From: Candidatus Hadarchaeota archaeon
GTDB lineage: Archaea; Hadarchaeota; Hadarchaeia; Hadarchaeales; JAWBSP01
Length of the DNA stretch: 55,036 bases
Assembly: GCA_964632175.1 (NCBI GenBank)
Contig: CAZWBJ010000006.1
Span: 1-55,036 of the forward strand
Reading direction: 5' to 3'
The notes under the pieces were generated by a model that searched no databases, was not told the DNA's origin, and saw nothing but the letters and a program-made list of their open reading frames with translations. The position numbers were made by a program, and so were the translations under genes. Positions 28,186-37,088 of this stretch are shown piece after piece (position 1 is the first letter of the stretch; each line of letters starts with the position of its first letter).

Positions 28186-28322
28186 GACGGTTCGATTTCT
28201 CTTGAGTTGCAGAAGGGGCAGAGGAGGAGTTTCTCTCCCTTCTCTAGGAAGAGGGCGGGCTCAGAGAAGATGTAGGAGCAGTTCTTGCACCTGAATTCTT
28301 TCTTCTTCTCCTTCCCTGCCAT
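28182..28322 (-). CDS. 46-aa zinc-ribbon microprotein
   Basis: Not in ORF track. MAGKEKKKEFRCKNCSYIFSEPALFLEKGEKLLLCPFCNSREIEPS*, with CxxC and CPxC. Confidence 0.75.
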   Translation of the reverse strand: MAGKEKKKEFRCKNCSYIFSEPALFLEKGEKLLLCPFCNSREIEPS

Positions 28323-28456
28323 CGATTCCTAGACGGTGGATAAATTACTTACAGTAAACACCACACAAGTTGGTGACTTGTCGGACACTTTGAGTTCAGT
28401 GGGTAACTACCCAGTTAGGGCTGCATGTTTGTATAAGAGCGGGTGCCAAAAAAGTG

Positions 28457-29176
28457 ATGATTTATGCCATCCTCTCAGGGAAGGGGGGCGTGGGCAAGAC
28501 CACCCTCACCGCCAACCTGGGCATCTTGGCATCGCGGTTGGGTAAGAGAACCCTTCTCGTAGACGCTGATCTCGCCTCCGGTAATCTCGCCCTCTATCTG
28601 GGGGTTAAAGAACCAAGGAAGACTCTCCATGAACTCCTCGCTGGGGGGAAGGATTTCAATTCCTGCATCTACAGCCTCAGCGAAAAGCTGGACCTCCTCC
28701 CCTCCGGTCTCTCGCTTAAGGGATTTCTGAAAGCGGAGGTGGGTGACCTTCCCAAGGTGCTGAAAAAAGTCTCGAAGGGTTACGAGGTAGTTTTTCTGGA
28801 TACTCCCCCAGGCATCAGTAGGAACACCATCATTCCCCTGCGGTGCGCGGAGAGCGTGATCCTCGTCACCACTCCTGATACCCCCTCCGTCACCGTGACA
28901 CTCAAGGCGAAGGCTATTGCCTCCATGCTGGACAAGAACATTGCTGGGGCAGTGGTGAATAGAGTACGAAGGGGGCTTTTTGGGGAGAGGGATCAGCCCC
29001 TGCAGACCGCCAAGCAACTCGGAACGGAGATATTGGGGGTTCTGCCCGAGGAGCCCAAAATGAGGGATTTGGTGGAGAGGGGCAAGCCCATAGTGCTCGC
29101 GGATCCCAAATCGCCCGCCTCGAGGGCGCTCAGGGAGATATCCCTCAAGCTGCTGGGTGCGAAGAAAGGCGGCTGA
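28457..29176 (+). CDS. MinD/ParA-family ATPase
   Basis: SGKGGVGKTT, LLVDAD, LDTPPG, VVNRV. Confidence 0.92.
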   Translation: MIYAILSGKGGVGKTTLTANLGILASRLGKRTLLVDADLASGNLALYLGVKEPRKTLHELLAGGKDFNSCIYSLSEKLDLLPSGLSLKGFLKAEVGDLPKVLKKVSKGYEVVFLDTPPGISRNTIIPLRCAESVILVTTPDTPSVTVTLKAKAIASMLDKNIAGAVVNRVRRGLFGERDQPLQTAKQLGTEILGVLPEEPKMRDLVERGKPIVLADPKSPASRALREISLKLLGAKKGG

Positions 29177-29221
29177 AGCGGTTCGGTTAGAGAAGATAAT
29201 AGTTTTCGGAGCTATTCTTAG

Positions 29222-30838
29222 ATGGCCAAAAAGCTTGGCCCGGTGCTGGAAGAAGATGAGGAGCTGAAAAAATTGAGGGAGGAATATGGAGAGAAAATAA
29301 TGGGGGAGGGTTCCCAGGCACCTCCCTCTCAAGTGTACGACCCCGTTAAATTCGGTCCCCTGGTCTCCTTCCAGGTACCCGAGGGCTACCGGGAGGTGGA
29401 GAGATACTGGCTTCACTCACCCTACGCTTTTGCCGTGGTGCTGGAGGATATAGCCACGGGAAAGCTACTCTACCAGGTGGTGGAACCACAGCTTACCCCC
29501 TTCGAACGAGCCCTCTTGGCGAAAATAAGGGATGAGTTGTCCGACAGCTTGCCCTACCAAGGGGGGGAGGAGCCGGAAAAAGTTCTGGAGAAAGAATTTG
29601 AAAGGCTATCCCACCAGCTGAAGGTGAATGACTGGAGGATGTATCACAAGCTACTTTACTTTCTGAAGCGGGAGATCCTGGGCTTCGGTAAGCTCGATCC
29701 GATCTTTAGAGACCAGCAAGTGGAGGACATCTCCTGCGATGCCCCCCACGTCCCCGTTTTCCTGTATCATAGGAAGTACTATAACCTGGAGACCAACCTC
29801 TCCTTCGAGGAAGGGGAGCTAAGCACCTATGTGATGAGACTGGTGGAGCGGAGCGGGAAGCACATCTCCCTCTCCAAGCCTATAGTGGATGCGACTCTCC
29901 CCGGTGGGCACAGGCTGGAGGCCACCTTCGAAACGGAAATCAGCAGCAAGGGCAGTTCCCTCTCCATAAGAAAGTTCATGGGGGGAACCTTCACGCCTGT
30001 GGATCTCATTAAGTACGGGACCTTCAGCCCCAAGATGCTTTCCTACCTCTGGATTGCGGCAGAGAACAGGAAGAGCATAATGGTGATTGGGGGCACGGCG
30101 GCCGGCAAGACCTCCACCCTGAACGCCCTCGCCTTCTTCATCCCCCCGGATGCAAAAATAGTCTCCATTGAGGACACGCGGGAGCTCTCGCTCTACCAGA
30201 AAAACTGGATACCGATGGTCACGAGAGAGGCCCCAGGCACCCTGAGCATCGACATGCATGAGCTCGTGAGACAGGCCGTCCGGCAAAGACCAGAGTGCAT
30301 CATCGTGGGGGAGGTGAGGGGGAAGGAGGCCATGGCCATGTTCCAGGCTCTTTCCATCGGTCACACAGCCTACTCCACCATGCACGCCGGCACCATTCAG
30401 GAAGCTATCCTCAGGCTGGAGAGCGATCCCATGAACGTACCTCACACCATGATTTCAGCACTGGACACGGTTTGCGTGCAGACCCTCACTTATCTAGGCA
30501 GAAAGAGGGTCAGGAGGAATCTCTTGATCGCAGAAATTGTAGGGGTGAGCCCACATACTAGGGAGGTGAAGTTAGTGGAACTCTTCTCGTGGGATCCGAG
30601 CACCGATTCCTTCAGGGAGCTGGCTGAACCCCCAAGCTGGAGGGAGATATGCAAGATGAGAAACATGGATAGACTTCAGCTGGAGAAGGAGTACGAGAGA
30701 AGAGCCAGGTTCCTCCAGCTCATGGCAGCTCGCGGAGTAACCGACTACGGTGAGGTTTCGAGACTTATCAACTTGTACTTCTATAATCCAGAAAGGGCGT
30801 TCCAAGAGCTCAAGAGAAGTGCCCAGAAGGAAGACTGA
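29222..30838 (+). CDS. Type IV pilus assembly ATPase (FlaI/VirB11 family)
   Basis: VEDISCD, GGTAAGKTS, SIEDTREL, RQRPECIIVGEVRG, GHTAYSTMHA. Confidence 0.93.
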   Translation: MAKKLGPVLEEDEELKKLREEYGEKIMGEGSQAPPSQVYDPVKFGPLVSFQVPEGYREVERYWLHSPYAFAVVLEDIATGKLLYQVVEPQLTPFERALLAKIRDELSDSLPYQGGEEPEKVLEKEFERLSHQLKVNDWRMYHKLLYFLKREILGFGKLDPIFRDQQVEDISCDAPHVPVFLYHRKYYNLETNLSFEEGELSTYVMRLVERSGKHISLSKPIVDATLPGGHRLEATFETEISSKGSSLSIRKFMGGTFTPVDLIKYGTFSPKMLSYLWIAAENRKSIMVIGGTAAGKTSTLNALAFFIPPDAKIVSIEDTRELSLYQKNWIPMVTREAPGTLSIDMHELVRQAVRQRPECIIVGEVRGKEAMAMFQALSIGHTAYSTMHAGTIQEAILRLESDPMNVPHTMISALDTVCVQTLTYLGRKRVRRNLLIAEIVGVSPHTREVKLVELFSWDPSTDSFRELAEPPSWREICKMRNMDRLQLEKEYERRARFLQLMAARGVTDYGEVSRLINLYFYNPERAFQELKRSAQKED

Positions 30839-30844
30839 GAGTCG

Positions 30845-32593
30845 ATGCTTCCCCCCAGTCCCGAAAAGTATCCCGATCTTCGCCTGACCCTTAAGAAGCT
30901 CAGAAAGCCTATCTCGGTACGCCAGTACCTTTCACGAGCTTCTGTAGTTTCCGTCTTAGCCGGGGTTCTTGAGTTCGTGGTTGGATTCCTCCTTTTGACC
31001 CTAGCGGGGGCAGGATGGTGGCCCAGGCTTTTGCTCGTTCCTCTCTCCCCTCTAACCACCTACATGGTGTGGAGGCTTTTTTTGTGGTACCCGTGGAGCG
31101 CCGCAAAGGGGAGGGAGGCGAAAATTGATGCGATGCTGCCTTCTGCTGTATCTTTCATGTACGCCCTCAGCAAGGGGGGACTGGGCGTGGTCGAGATCTT
31201 CAGGGCGCTAGCTCAAGAGAAGGAGGACTATGGGGAGGTCGCTTCTGAGGCCGCCGCGTTCATCCGGGAGATAGAGTACCTCGGAAATGATCCCCTCACC
31301 GCTCTCAGGAACTTGGCCAAGACCACGCCCTCTGAAAAATTTAGGAGGCTCATCGAGTTTCTCATCCCAGTCGTCCAGACGGGGGCGAGCCTTCCAGACT
31401 ACTTCTCCCAGAAATGTAGGGAACTCTACCAAGCAGCCGAGGTGGATCAGAGGAAGTATTTGGACTCTCTGGCCTTCTTCGCCGAGTTTTACGTAATTCT
31501 GATGTTGTTCGCGCCTCTCATCCTCATGGTAACTTTCATGGCCGTGAGAGCCTTCTACGGGGCATCCATGCTTATCCTTTACATTCTGGCGTACCTCCTG
31601 ATTCCCCTCGGCTCCATCTTCTTCATAGTGCTCCTGAGCATGAGGAGTCTTGGAACGGTGGCAAGTAAAAAAGTGGAGAGGAGGAGGTACTTCACCAAGA
31701 TTAGGCCAACAACTCCACAGGAGAAGAAAATGCTGCGCTCGCTCCTCACTAGGGAGGTCATGCCGGAGCTCTTTAGGAACCCCCTTCGCTCCTTGAGGGA
31801 TCAGCCCTATCAAGTGGCATACTTCAGCGGGGGGGCCTCCTTGATTTTTCTTGTTCTCCACCTCGGGTCCTTGAGCCTACAGATTCTTTTCTTTGCCTTC
31901 CTCATTCTTTGCGTTCCCTTGGCCGTCACTTACTGGTTTTGGGAAAGGAGGCTGGAGAAAACGCTGGATGCGATGCCCGAGTTCCTTCACTCCTTTTCCA
32001 GCTCGGTATCTTCGGGGCTTACCCCAGCCCATGCCATCAAGCTCATCCCTCTAAGGGAATTGGGCCCCCTGAGTGAGGAAGTGGAGCGGCTGGTGAGAAC
32101 GGTGAGCTGGGGGGAGCCGGTGGCTTCGGGGTTTTCGAAGGTCGAGAGGGAGTGCGGGAACAGCTATCTCTCCAGAACCATGTCGGTGGTGAGGAGGGCA
32201 TGCATGGCTAGGGACGACGTGGGGGACGTGCTGCAAATACTGGCGGCCGATGCCACCCAGCTCAGAAACTTGAAGAGGGAGAGGTGGGCGTCGATGTTCT
32301 CCTATGCCCTGATCGTTTACATCTCCTTCGTCGTTTTCCTCTTCTGCATGGTGATGTTGACGAGATTTTCTTCAATGGGCGTACTGGGAGGGGTCTCGAC
32401 CGAAGTTCCTGGTCTGCCCGTCCTTCAGTACCAAGCAGGCGTGCCCTCAGTGGTTTGGCATGCCACCCTTCTCCAGGCATTCTTTTCTGGCTTGATAGCG
32501 GGGCAGTTCTCAACCGGGCGCCTCCTGTCAGGGCTGAAGCACTCAATAATAATGATGGTAGTTGCGTTCTGTGTTCTTTCTTTTCTCGCCTAA
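30845..32593 (+). CDS. Type IV pilus membrane platform protein (FlaJ/TadC, duplicated T2SSF)
   Basis: IDAMLPSAVSFMYALS, YGEVASE, TTPSEKF, second repeat with GRLLSGLKH; follows the ATPase. Confidence 0.88.
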   Translation: MLPPSPEKYPDLRLTLKKLRKPISVRQYLSRASVVSVLAGVLEFVVGFLLLTLAGAGWWPRLLLVPLSPLTTYMVWRLFLWYPWSAAKGREAKIDAMLPSAVSFMYALSKGGLGVVEIFRALAQEKEDYGEVASEAAAFIREIEYLGNDPLTALRNLAKTTPSEKFRRLIEFLIPVVQTGASLPDYFSQKCRELYQAAEVDQRKYLDSLAFFAEFYVILMLFAPLILMVTFMAVRAFYGASMLILYILAYLLIPLGSIFFIVLLSMRSLGTVASKKVERRRYFTKIRPTTPQEKKMLRSLLTREVMPELFRNPLRSLRDQPYQVAYFSGGASLIFLVLHLGSLSLQILFFAFLILCVPLAVTYWFWERRLEKTLDAMPEFLHSFSSSVSSGLTPAHAIKLIPLRELGPLSEEVERLVRTVSWGEPVASGFSKVERECGNSYLSRTMSVVRRACMARDDVGDVLQILAADATQLRNLKRERWASMFSYALIVYISFVVFLFCMVMLTRFSSMGVLGGVSTEVPGLPVLQYQAGVPSVVWHATLLQAFFSGLIAGQFSTGRLLSGLKHSIIMMVVAFCVLSFLA

Positions 32594-33807
32594 GTCACCA
32601 TTTCCTGTGAGATTCTTCGCCTGAGGATGAGGATGATCGCGAGTATCGCTACAACTAGCCCCACCGCAACCAAAATCATGTTGATCCTCCCAACTCCTTC
32701 CTCCTTTGGCGGCAGCGGGGCGGCTTGGAAGAAATACACCTTGTGCTCGGTATCGGATCTGGAGGTGCAGGCGATCATATACTGACCAGCGTCGGAGAGG
32801 TCCACGCACTCGATGTTTCCATCCCATCCCTTTACCACCTTGCACCTCCAGATGAGCTGATCATTCTCGAAGAAATAAACGTTCTGGGCATCGGCGGCAA
32901 ACACCCTCAGGCCATCGGAACTTATGCTCACGGCCGAAGCGGGGAGATCGGTTTCCGCGAGCACCGACGGCTCACCCTCCAGCGCGCATTTGAGGATCTT
33001 TCCGGTCTGCTCTCCAATGGCCGCGACGAGGTATCGACCGTCCGAACTCATATCGAGGGACCATATGCACCTTTCTAAGGAGAGGTCCTCTCTTTTCGTC
33101 TGCCCCGATGGATCTAGAATCCGGAGCTTCCCCTCCCGGTTCCCCACCGCAATTACAGATCCGTCATCGGAGATCGCCGTTGCGGTGGTGAATCCTGTTC
33201 GGCTGGAGAAAATTCTGCCCGTGCTATCGAAGACAAAGGCCCCGTTGTCGGTCGCCGCCACCACGTACCTCCCGTTTCTCGAGATGGAGACGGAGATGAC
33301 CTGCCGCCCGCATTTTTCCATCCAGACGGGCGTGCTGTTATCCTTTGAGAAGAGAGCAACTTCTCCGCTCGCCATCCCCACCGCCACCCAAGATCCATCT
33401 CCCGAGATCGCAACAGCCCTAGGATAGGGTGAGACTTTCTCCCTCCCGCTGTATGTCCAAACAAGCTCTGCAGTCCCCGCCTTCCACTGGTAAAGGGCCA
33501 CCCTGCCGTCGTTGCAGCCCACCGCGAAATACAACCCGTCGCTGGAAATGGCAAGCGAATTGATGTAGGAATACTCCTCCCCTATCCTGCTCCTCCAAGC
33601 TGGCTCCCCGGTATCATTTCTGAAGACCCAAACGTACCTTTCAAACCCCCCCGCAATTGCCAATTTCCCATCGCCCGAGATGGATACTGAGTTTATCCCG
33701 TCCTCGGCCCTGTAGGTCCACACCGGAGAGGATTTCTGCTCGGCTGAAAGGATGGGTGATAGAGGCAGAAAGACGACTAAGAAGGCAACGATCCACTCTC
33801 GCATCAT
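32590..33807 (-). CDS. Secreted, C-terminally membrane-anchored WD40/PQQ-like beta-propeller protein
   Basis: Signal peptide MREWIVAFLVVFLPLSPILSA, about 8 repeats of [VL][SA]ISxDG, C-terminal TM followed by RRR. Confidence 0.85.
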   Translation of the reverse strand: MMREWIVAFLVVFLPLSPILSAEQKSSPVWTYRAEDGINSVSISGDGKLAIAGGFERYVWVFRNDTGEPAWRSRIGEEYSYINSLAISSDGLYFAVGCNDGRVALYQWKAGTAELVWTYSGREKVSPYPRAVAISGDGSWVAVGMASGEVALFSKDNSTPVWMEKCGRQVISVSISRNGRYVVAATDNGAFVFDSTGRIFSSRTGFTTATAISDDGSVIAVGNREGKLRILDPSGQTKREDLSLERCIWSLDMSSDGRYLVAAIGEQTGKILKCALEGEPSVLAETDLPASAVSISSDGLRVFAADAQNVYFFENDQLIWRCKVVKGWDGNIECVDLSDAGQYMIACTSRSDTEHKVYFFQAAPLPPKEEGVGRINMILVAVGLVVAILAIILILRRRISQEMVT

Positions 33808-33854
33808 ATGGATTGTCGAGAAATATAAAACTCCAGACAGCGTGGCGGGATTTC

Positions 33855-34295
33855 CTACAGGGGACACCAGCGTGGTTTTCCCGTGTGAGTGAGGGAAAAG
33901 TAACCCCCGGCGAGCAAGAGGAGTGCGGCGGGAGCGTACAGAAGGAGTGCGGTTGCAGCCCCACCTACTGCACTTACGATCATGAACTTGCCAGCGGTTC
34001 TTGGATTGTCTAGTGAGGCGGCCCCAGCCACGATTCCCAGCAGAGCGAAGAGCACACCCAGAGCCGGAAAGACGATGTGTTTGGGGACGAGCAGGGAGAC
34101 GTATTTCTCTGGGATCAGGCCACTTTCCCCAACCATATAGGTCACGAAGCCACCCAGCGCCCCCACTATCCCGAAAAGGCCCCCGAGCACTCCTAAAATA
34201 CAGCCAATGGTTCTTCTCCTTTCATTCTGCTCGGAAGGAGGCACTTTAGTTGGCGCCACGGGAGGCTTTGCCCCCGGGCTGGGCATTCGTGGCAT
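33855..34295 (-). CDS. Hypothetical membrane protein
   Basis: Pro-rich N-terminus followed by 3-4 Gly/Ala-rich hydrophobic segments. Confidence 0.6.
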   Translation of the reverse strand: MPRMPSPGAKPPVAPTKVPPSEQNERRRTIGCILGVLGGLFGIVGALGGFVTYMVGESGLIPEKYVSLLVPKHIVFPALGVLFALLGIVAGAASLDNPRTAGKFMIVSAVGGAATALLLYAPAALLLLAGGYFSLTHTGKPRWCPL

Positions 34296-34446
34296 TCTGT
34301 TTTTTCCCCCGGGGTTTAAAAGCCCAGTCACGGTTCAGAGCTTACTTGTACCTCCTGCTGGGTGACCTTACCTAAAAGCGGAGAGAGTGATGGGAAATGA
34401 ACTCGTCGCACCAGAATTCCAAGCTATTGCGGAGGGGACCTCTTCC

Positions 34447-34992
34447 ATGGTCAAGAACCTGCTTCTCACAGGAAGACCGGGATCTGGGAAGAGCACCGTA
34501 ATCCGTGAGGTGGTGAATGAGCTGAGCTCTCAAGGAGTGAAGGTGGGGGGGCTTCACTGTCCCGAGATAAGAGGCCCGCTGGGCAGGCTGGGCTTCAAGA
34601 TAGTTGAGCTGGCGACTGGCGAGGAGAAGATTTTGGCGCGCGTCGGTCATGCTGGGCCGAGGGTGAGCAGGTACGGGGTGGATCTCACCAATTTGGGAGA
34701 AATGAGCAAAAAAGCCCTTGAGGTTCTTCCCTCGGTGGATGTAGTGGTTATCGACGAAATCGGCCCCATGGAGGTGATGAGTCCCGTTTTTCGGGAATTT
34801 GTCCTGCAGGCACTAGAGTCACCCAAGCCCGTTCTCGCAGCGGTTCACAAGAAGACGGAGGGCGGCTTCATAGGAGGGATAAAAAAGCGACCCGATGTGG
34901 CAATTTTCGAAGTGGTTTCTGAGAACCGGGAGAGACTTCTGGTGGAGGTGAAGGAGAGGATGAAAGCTCTTTTGGGCATTGGGAAAAGATAA
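34447..34992 (+). CDS. THEP1-family nucleoside triphosphatase (NTPase_1)
   Basis: LTGRPGSGKST, RLGFKI, VSRYGV, VIDEIGPME. Confidence 0.92.
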   Translation: MVKNLLLTGRPGSGKSTVIREVVNELSSQGVKVGGLHCPEIRGPLGRLGFKIVELATGEEKILARVGHAGPRVSRYGVDLTNLGEMSKKALEVLPSVDVVVIDEIGPMEVMSPVFREFVLQALESPKPVLAAVHKKTEGGFIGGIKKRPDVAIFEVVSENRERLLVEVKERMKALLGIGKR

Positions 34993-34994
34993 AG

Positions 34995-35273
34995 ATGAAA
35001 ATACCACCAACCCTCAGGACCTACTGTCCCCACTGCAGAAAGCATACCGAGCATGAGGTCTCAACCCAGAAAAAGAGACCCGCCCGTGCCCTGAGTCTAG
35101 GGCAGAGGCAGTTCGCCAGGATAATGAGGGGGTACGGAAGTCAGCCCCGCTCGGAGCAGCGGGAATTCTCCAAAACCTCCAAGAAGGTCGCTCTACTTCT
35201 CAAGTGTAAGGAGTGTAAAAAGTCTCACCAGCGGAAGGGGTTCAGGTCGAAGAAGTTTGAGATTAAAGTCTGA
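34995..35273 (+). CDS. rpl44e: 50S ribosomal protein L44e (eL42)
   Basis: [22 protein letters not shown]. Confidence 0.96.
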   Translation: MKIPPTLRTYCPHCRKHTEHEVSTQKKRPARALSLGQRQFARIMRGYGSQPRSEQREFSKTSKKVALLLKCKECKKSHQRKGFRSKKFEIKV

Positions 35274-35428
35274 TGACCGGTAAGTTCCTTCTCGTCAAGT
35301 GCGAGTGCGGGAACGAGCAGAGAATCTTCAGCCACGCGTCCACTGAAGTGAAATGTCAGGTTTGTGGCAGGCTTCTGGCCACCCCAACGGGCGGCAAGGC
35401 AACTATCTGGGGTGTGGTGAAGTGGTAA
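35273..35428 (+). CDS. rps27e: 30S ribosomal protein S27e
   Basis: Not in ORF track. [51 protein letters not shown], in the conserved operon position. Confidence 0.95.
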   Translation: MTGKFLLVKCECGNEQRIFSHASTEVKCQVCGRLLATPTGGKATIWGVVKW

Positions 35429-36207
35429 GAAAGGAGGCAGAGTTCCCCTCCCCCAATGAACTCGTGGTGGGCACAGTTGTGAAGGTCTTTGATCAGGGGG
35501 CGTTCGTCAGCCTAGAGGAGTACGGTGGGAAGGAGGGGATGGTTTATCTCAAGGAGGTGGCTTCGGGCTGGATAAAGAACATTAGGGATCACGTTAAGGA
35601 GAACCAGCGGGTGGTTTGTAAGGTTTTGGCCGTGGACAAACAGAAGGGTTCCATCGATCTCTCTCTCCGAAGGGTGACGGTGGGGGAGAGGAAGCAAAAA
35701 CTGGCAGAGTTCGAAGCCGAGAGGAGGGCGGAGAAGCTTCTCCTGCTTGTGGCGAAGAAGCTTAAAAGGGGGGAGGAAAAGGCCTACGAGGAAGCGGGGT
35801 TTCCCCTTTTGAGGAAGTTCGGCTCTTTGCACCGGGCCTTCAGCGAGATAGCAAGAGAGGGCCCCGCCTGCCTGGAGGACTTGGAACTGGGGAAGAGCTG
35901 GGTGAAGGCCCTCTGCTCCGCATCTCAGGCGCTGGTAAAGCAGAAGGTTTGCACCGTGGAGGGATATCTCTCGCTAGTTTGCCCCGTTTCCAACGGTGTG
36001 GAAATCATACGAAACTCGATGGTGTCGGCTAAAGAGGCGATGGCTTCGAAGGTGAGGTTCTACTCAGCGGGTTCACCTCTCTACCGTGTGGTGGTCACCG
36101 GATCCTCCTACAAGGAGGCAGAGGATCTCTTGGAGAAGGCGGCGAAAATGGTGATAGAGAAGGTGGAGGAGGCTGGGGGAAAGGGGGAGTTCCTCCGCAA
36201 AAGATGA
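35422..36207 (+). CDS. eif2a: Translation initiation factor 2 alpha subunit (aIF2a)
   Basis: S1 domain ELVVGTV...[24 protein letters not shown]; GTG start at 35422. Confidence 0.95.
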   Translation: MVRKEAEFPSPNELVVGTVVKVFDQGAFVSLEEYGGKEGMVYLKEVASGWIKNIRDHVKENQRVVCKVLAVDKQKGSIDLSLRRVTVGERKQKLAEFEAERRAEKLLLLVAKKLKRGEEKAYEEAGFPLLRKFGSLHRAFSEIAREGPACLEDLELGKSWVKALCSASQALVKQKVCTVEGYLSLVCPVSNGVEIIRNSMVSAKEAMASKVRFYSAGSPLYRVVVTGSSYKEAEDLLEKAAKMVIEKVEEAGGKGEFLRKR

Positions 36208-36362
36208 GGCTTAGGAAGTGCAGGGGGTGCGGTGTTTACACCCTCCGAGAGGAATGCCCGAACTGCGGGAAAAAGACGAGCTCTCCCCACCCCCCGAGGT
36301 TTTCCCCCGAGGACCGCTATGGAAAGTATCGAAGGCTTATGAGGATGGAGGCTGGAGAATAG
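36204..36362 (+). CDS. nop10: H/ACA RNP protein Nop10
   Basis: Not in ORF track. [44 protein letters not shown]... Confidence 0.95.
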   Translation: MRLRKCRGCGVYTLREECPNCGKKTSSPHPPRFSPEDRYGKYRRLMRMEAGE

Positions 36363-37088
36363 ATGGACTCGGAGGTTAGGTTCCTCTTCAAACCGGAGGT
36401 GAAGGATCCCGTTCTCATCGGGGGTCTGCCAGGGGTGGGTCAGGTGGGGAAATTGGCTTCCGAGTTCCTTATTTCAAAGCTATCTGCCAAGAAAATCGCG
36501 GAGCAGCTCTCCCCCCACTTTCCGCACTATACCATTCTGGGGGAAGACGGGATTCTTAGACCGGCGAAGCATGAGTTTTACTGGGCCAGGGCGGGAGGCA
36601 GGGATCTGGTGATTTTGACGGGTGACTGCCCCGTCACCACCCCCGAGGGGCATTACGAGGTGGTTTCAAAAATCCTAGATGCCATGGAGGGCTTGGGAGT
36701 AAAGGAGATTTACATGATCGGGGGATTTCTCTCTTCCCAACCCCGGGGCTCGAAGGTGGTAGTGATCCCCAACCAGCCTGGGCTCCCATACAAGCCTTCG
36801 AAGATTGAAACCGGTCCTATTGTGGGTGTTACAGGTCTGCTGGTTTCGCTGGCCAGGTTGAGGGGCATCGGGGGGGCCTGCCTGCTTGCCGAAGCGGGAG
36901 ATCCTGGGGTAGACAGCCACTCCGCCAAGATGGCTCTAGAACTTCTCTCAGAGCAACTTGGGCTGAAGCTCGATCTGAGCGCGCTGGAGGAGCAGGCCGC
37001 GGCCCTCAAAGAGTGGGTGGAAAGAATGAAGAAAGAGATGAAGCGGAGGGAGCCCCCCCAGCCCGAGGAAACCTGGTACATCGGATGA
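36363..37088 (+). CDS. PAC2-family proteasome assembly chaperone-like protein
   Basis: GLPGVGQVGKLA, SPHFP, ILTGD, C-terminal YIG; conserved position after nop10. Confidence 0.88.
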   Translation: MDSEVRFLFKPEVKDPVLIGGLPGVGQVGKLASEFLISKLSAKKIAEQLSPHFPHYTILGEDGILRPAKHEFYWARAGGRDLVILTGDCPVTTPEGHYEVVSKILDAMEGLGVKEIYMIGGFLSSQPRGSKVVVIPNQPGLPYKPSKIETGPIVGVTGLLVSLARLRGIGGACLLAEAGDPGVDSHSAKMALELLSEQLGLKLDLSALEEQAAALKEWVERMKKEMKRREPPQPEETWYIG

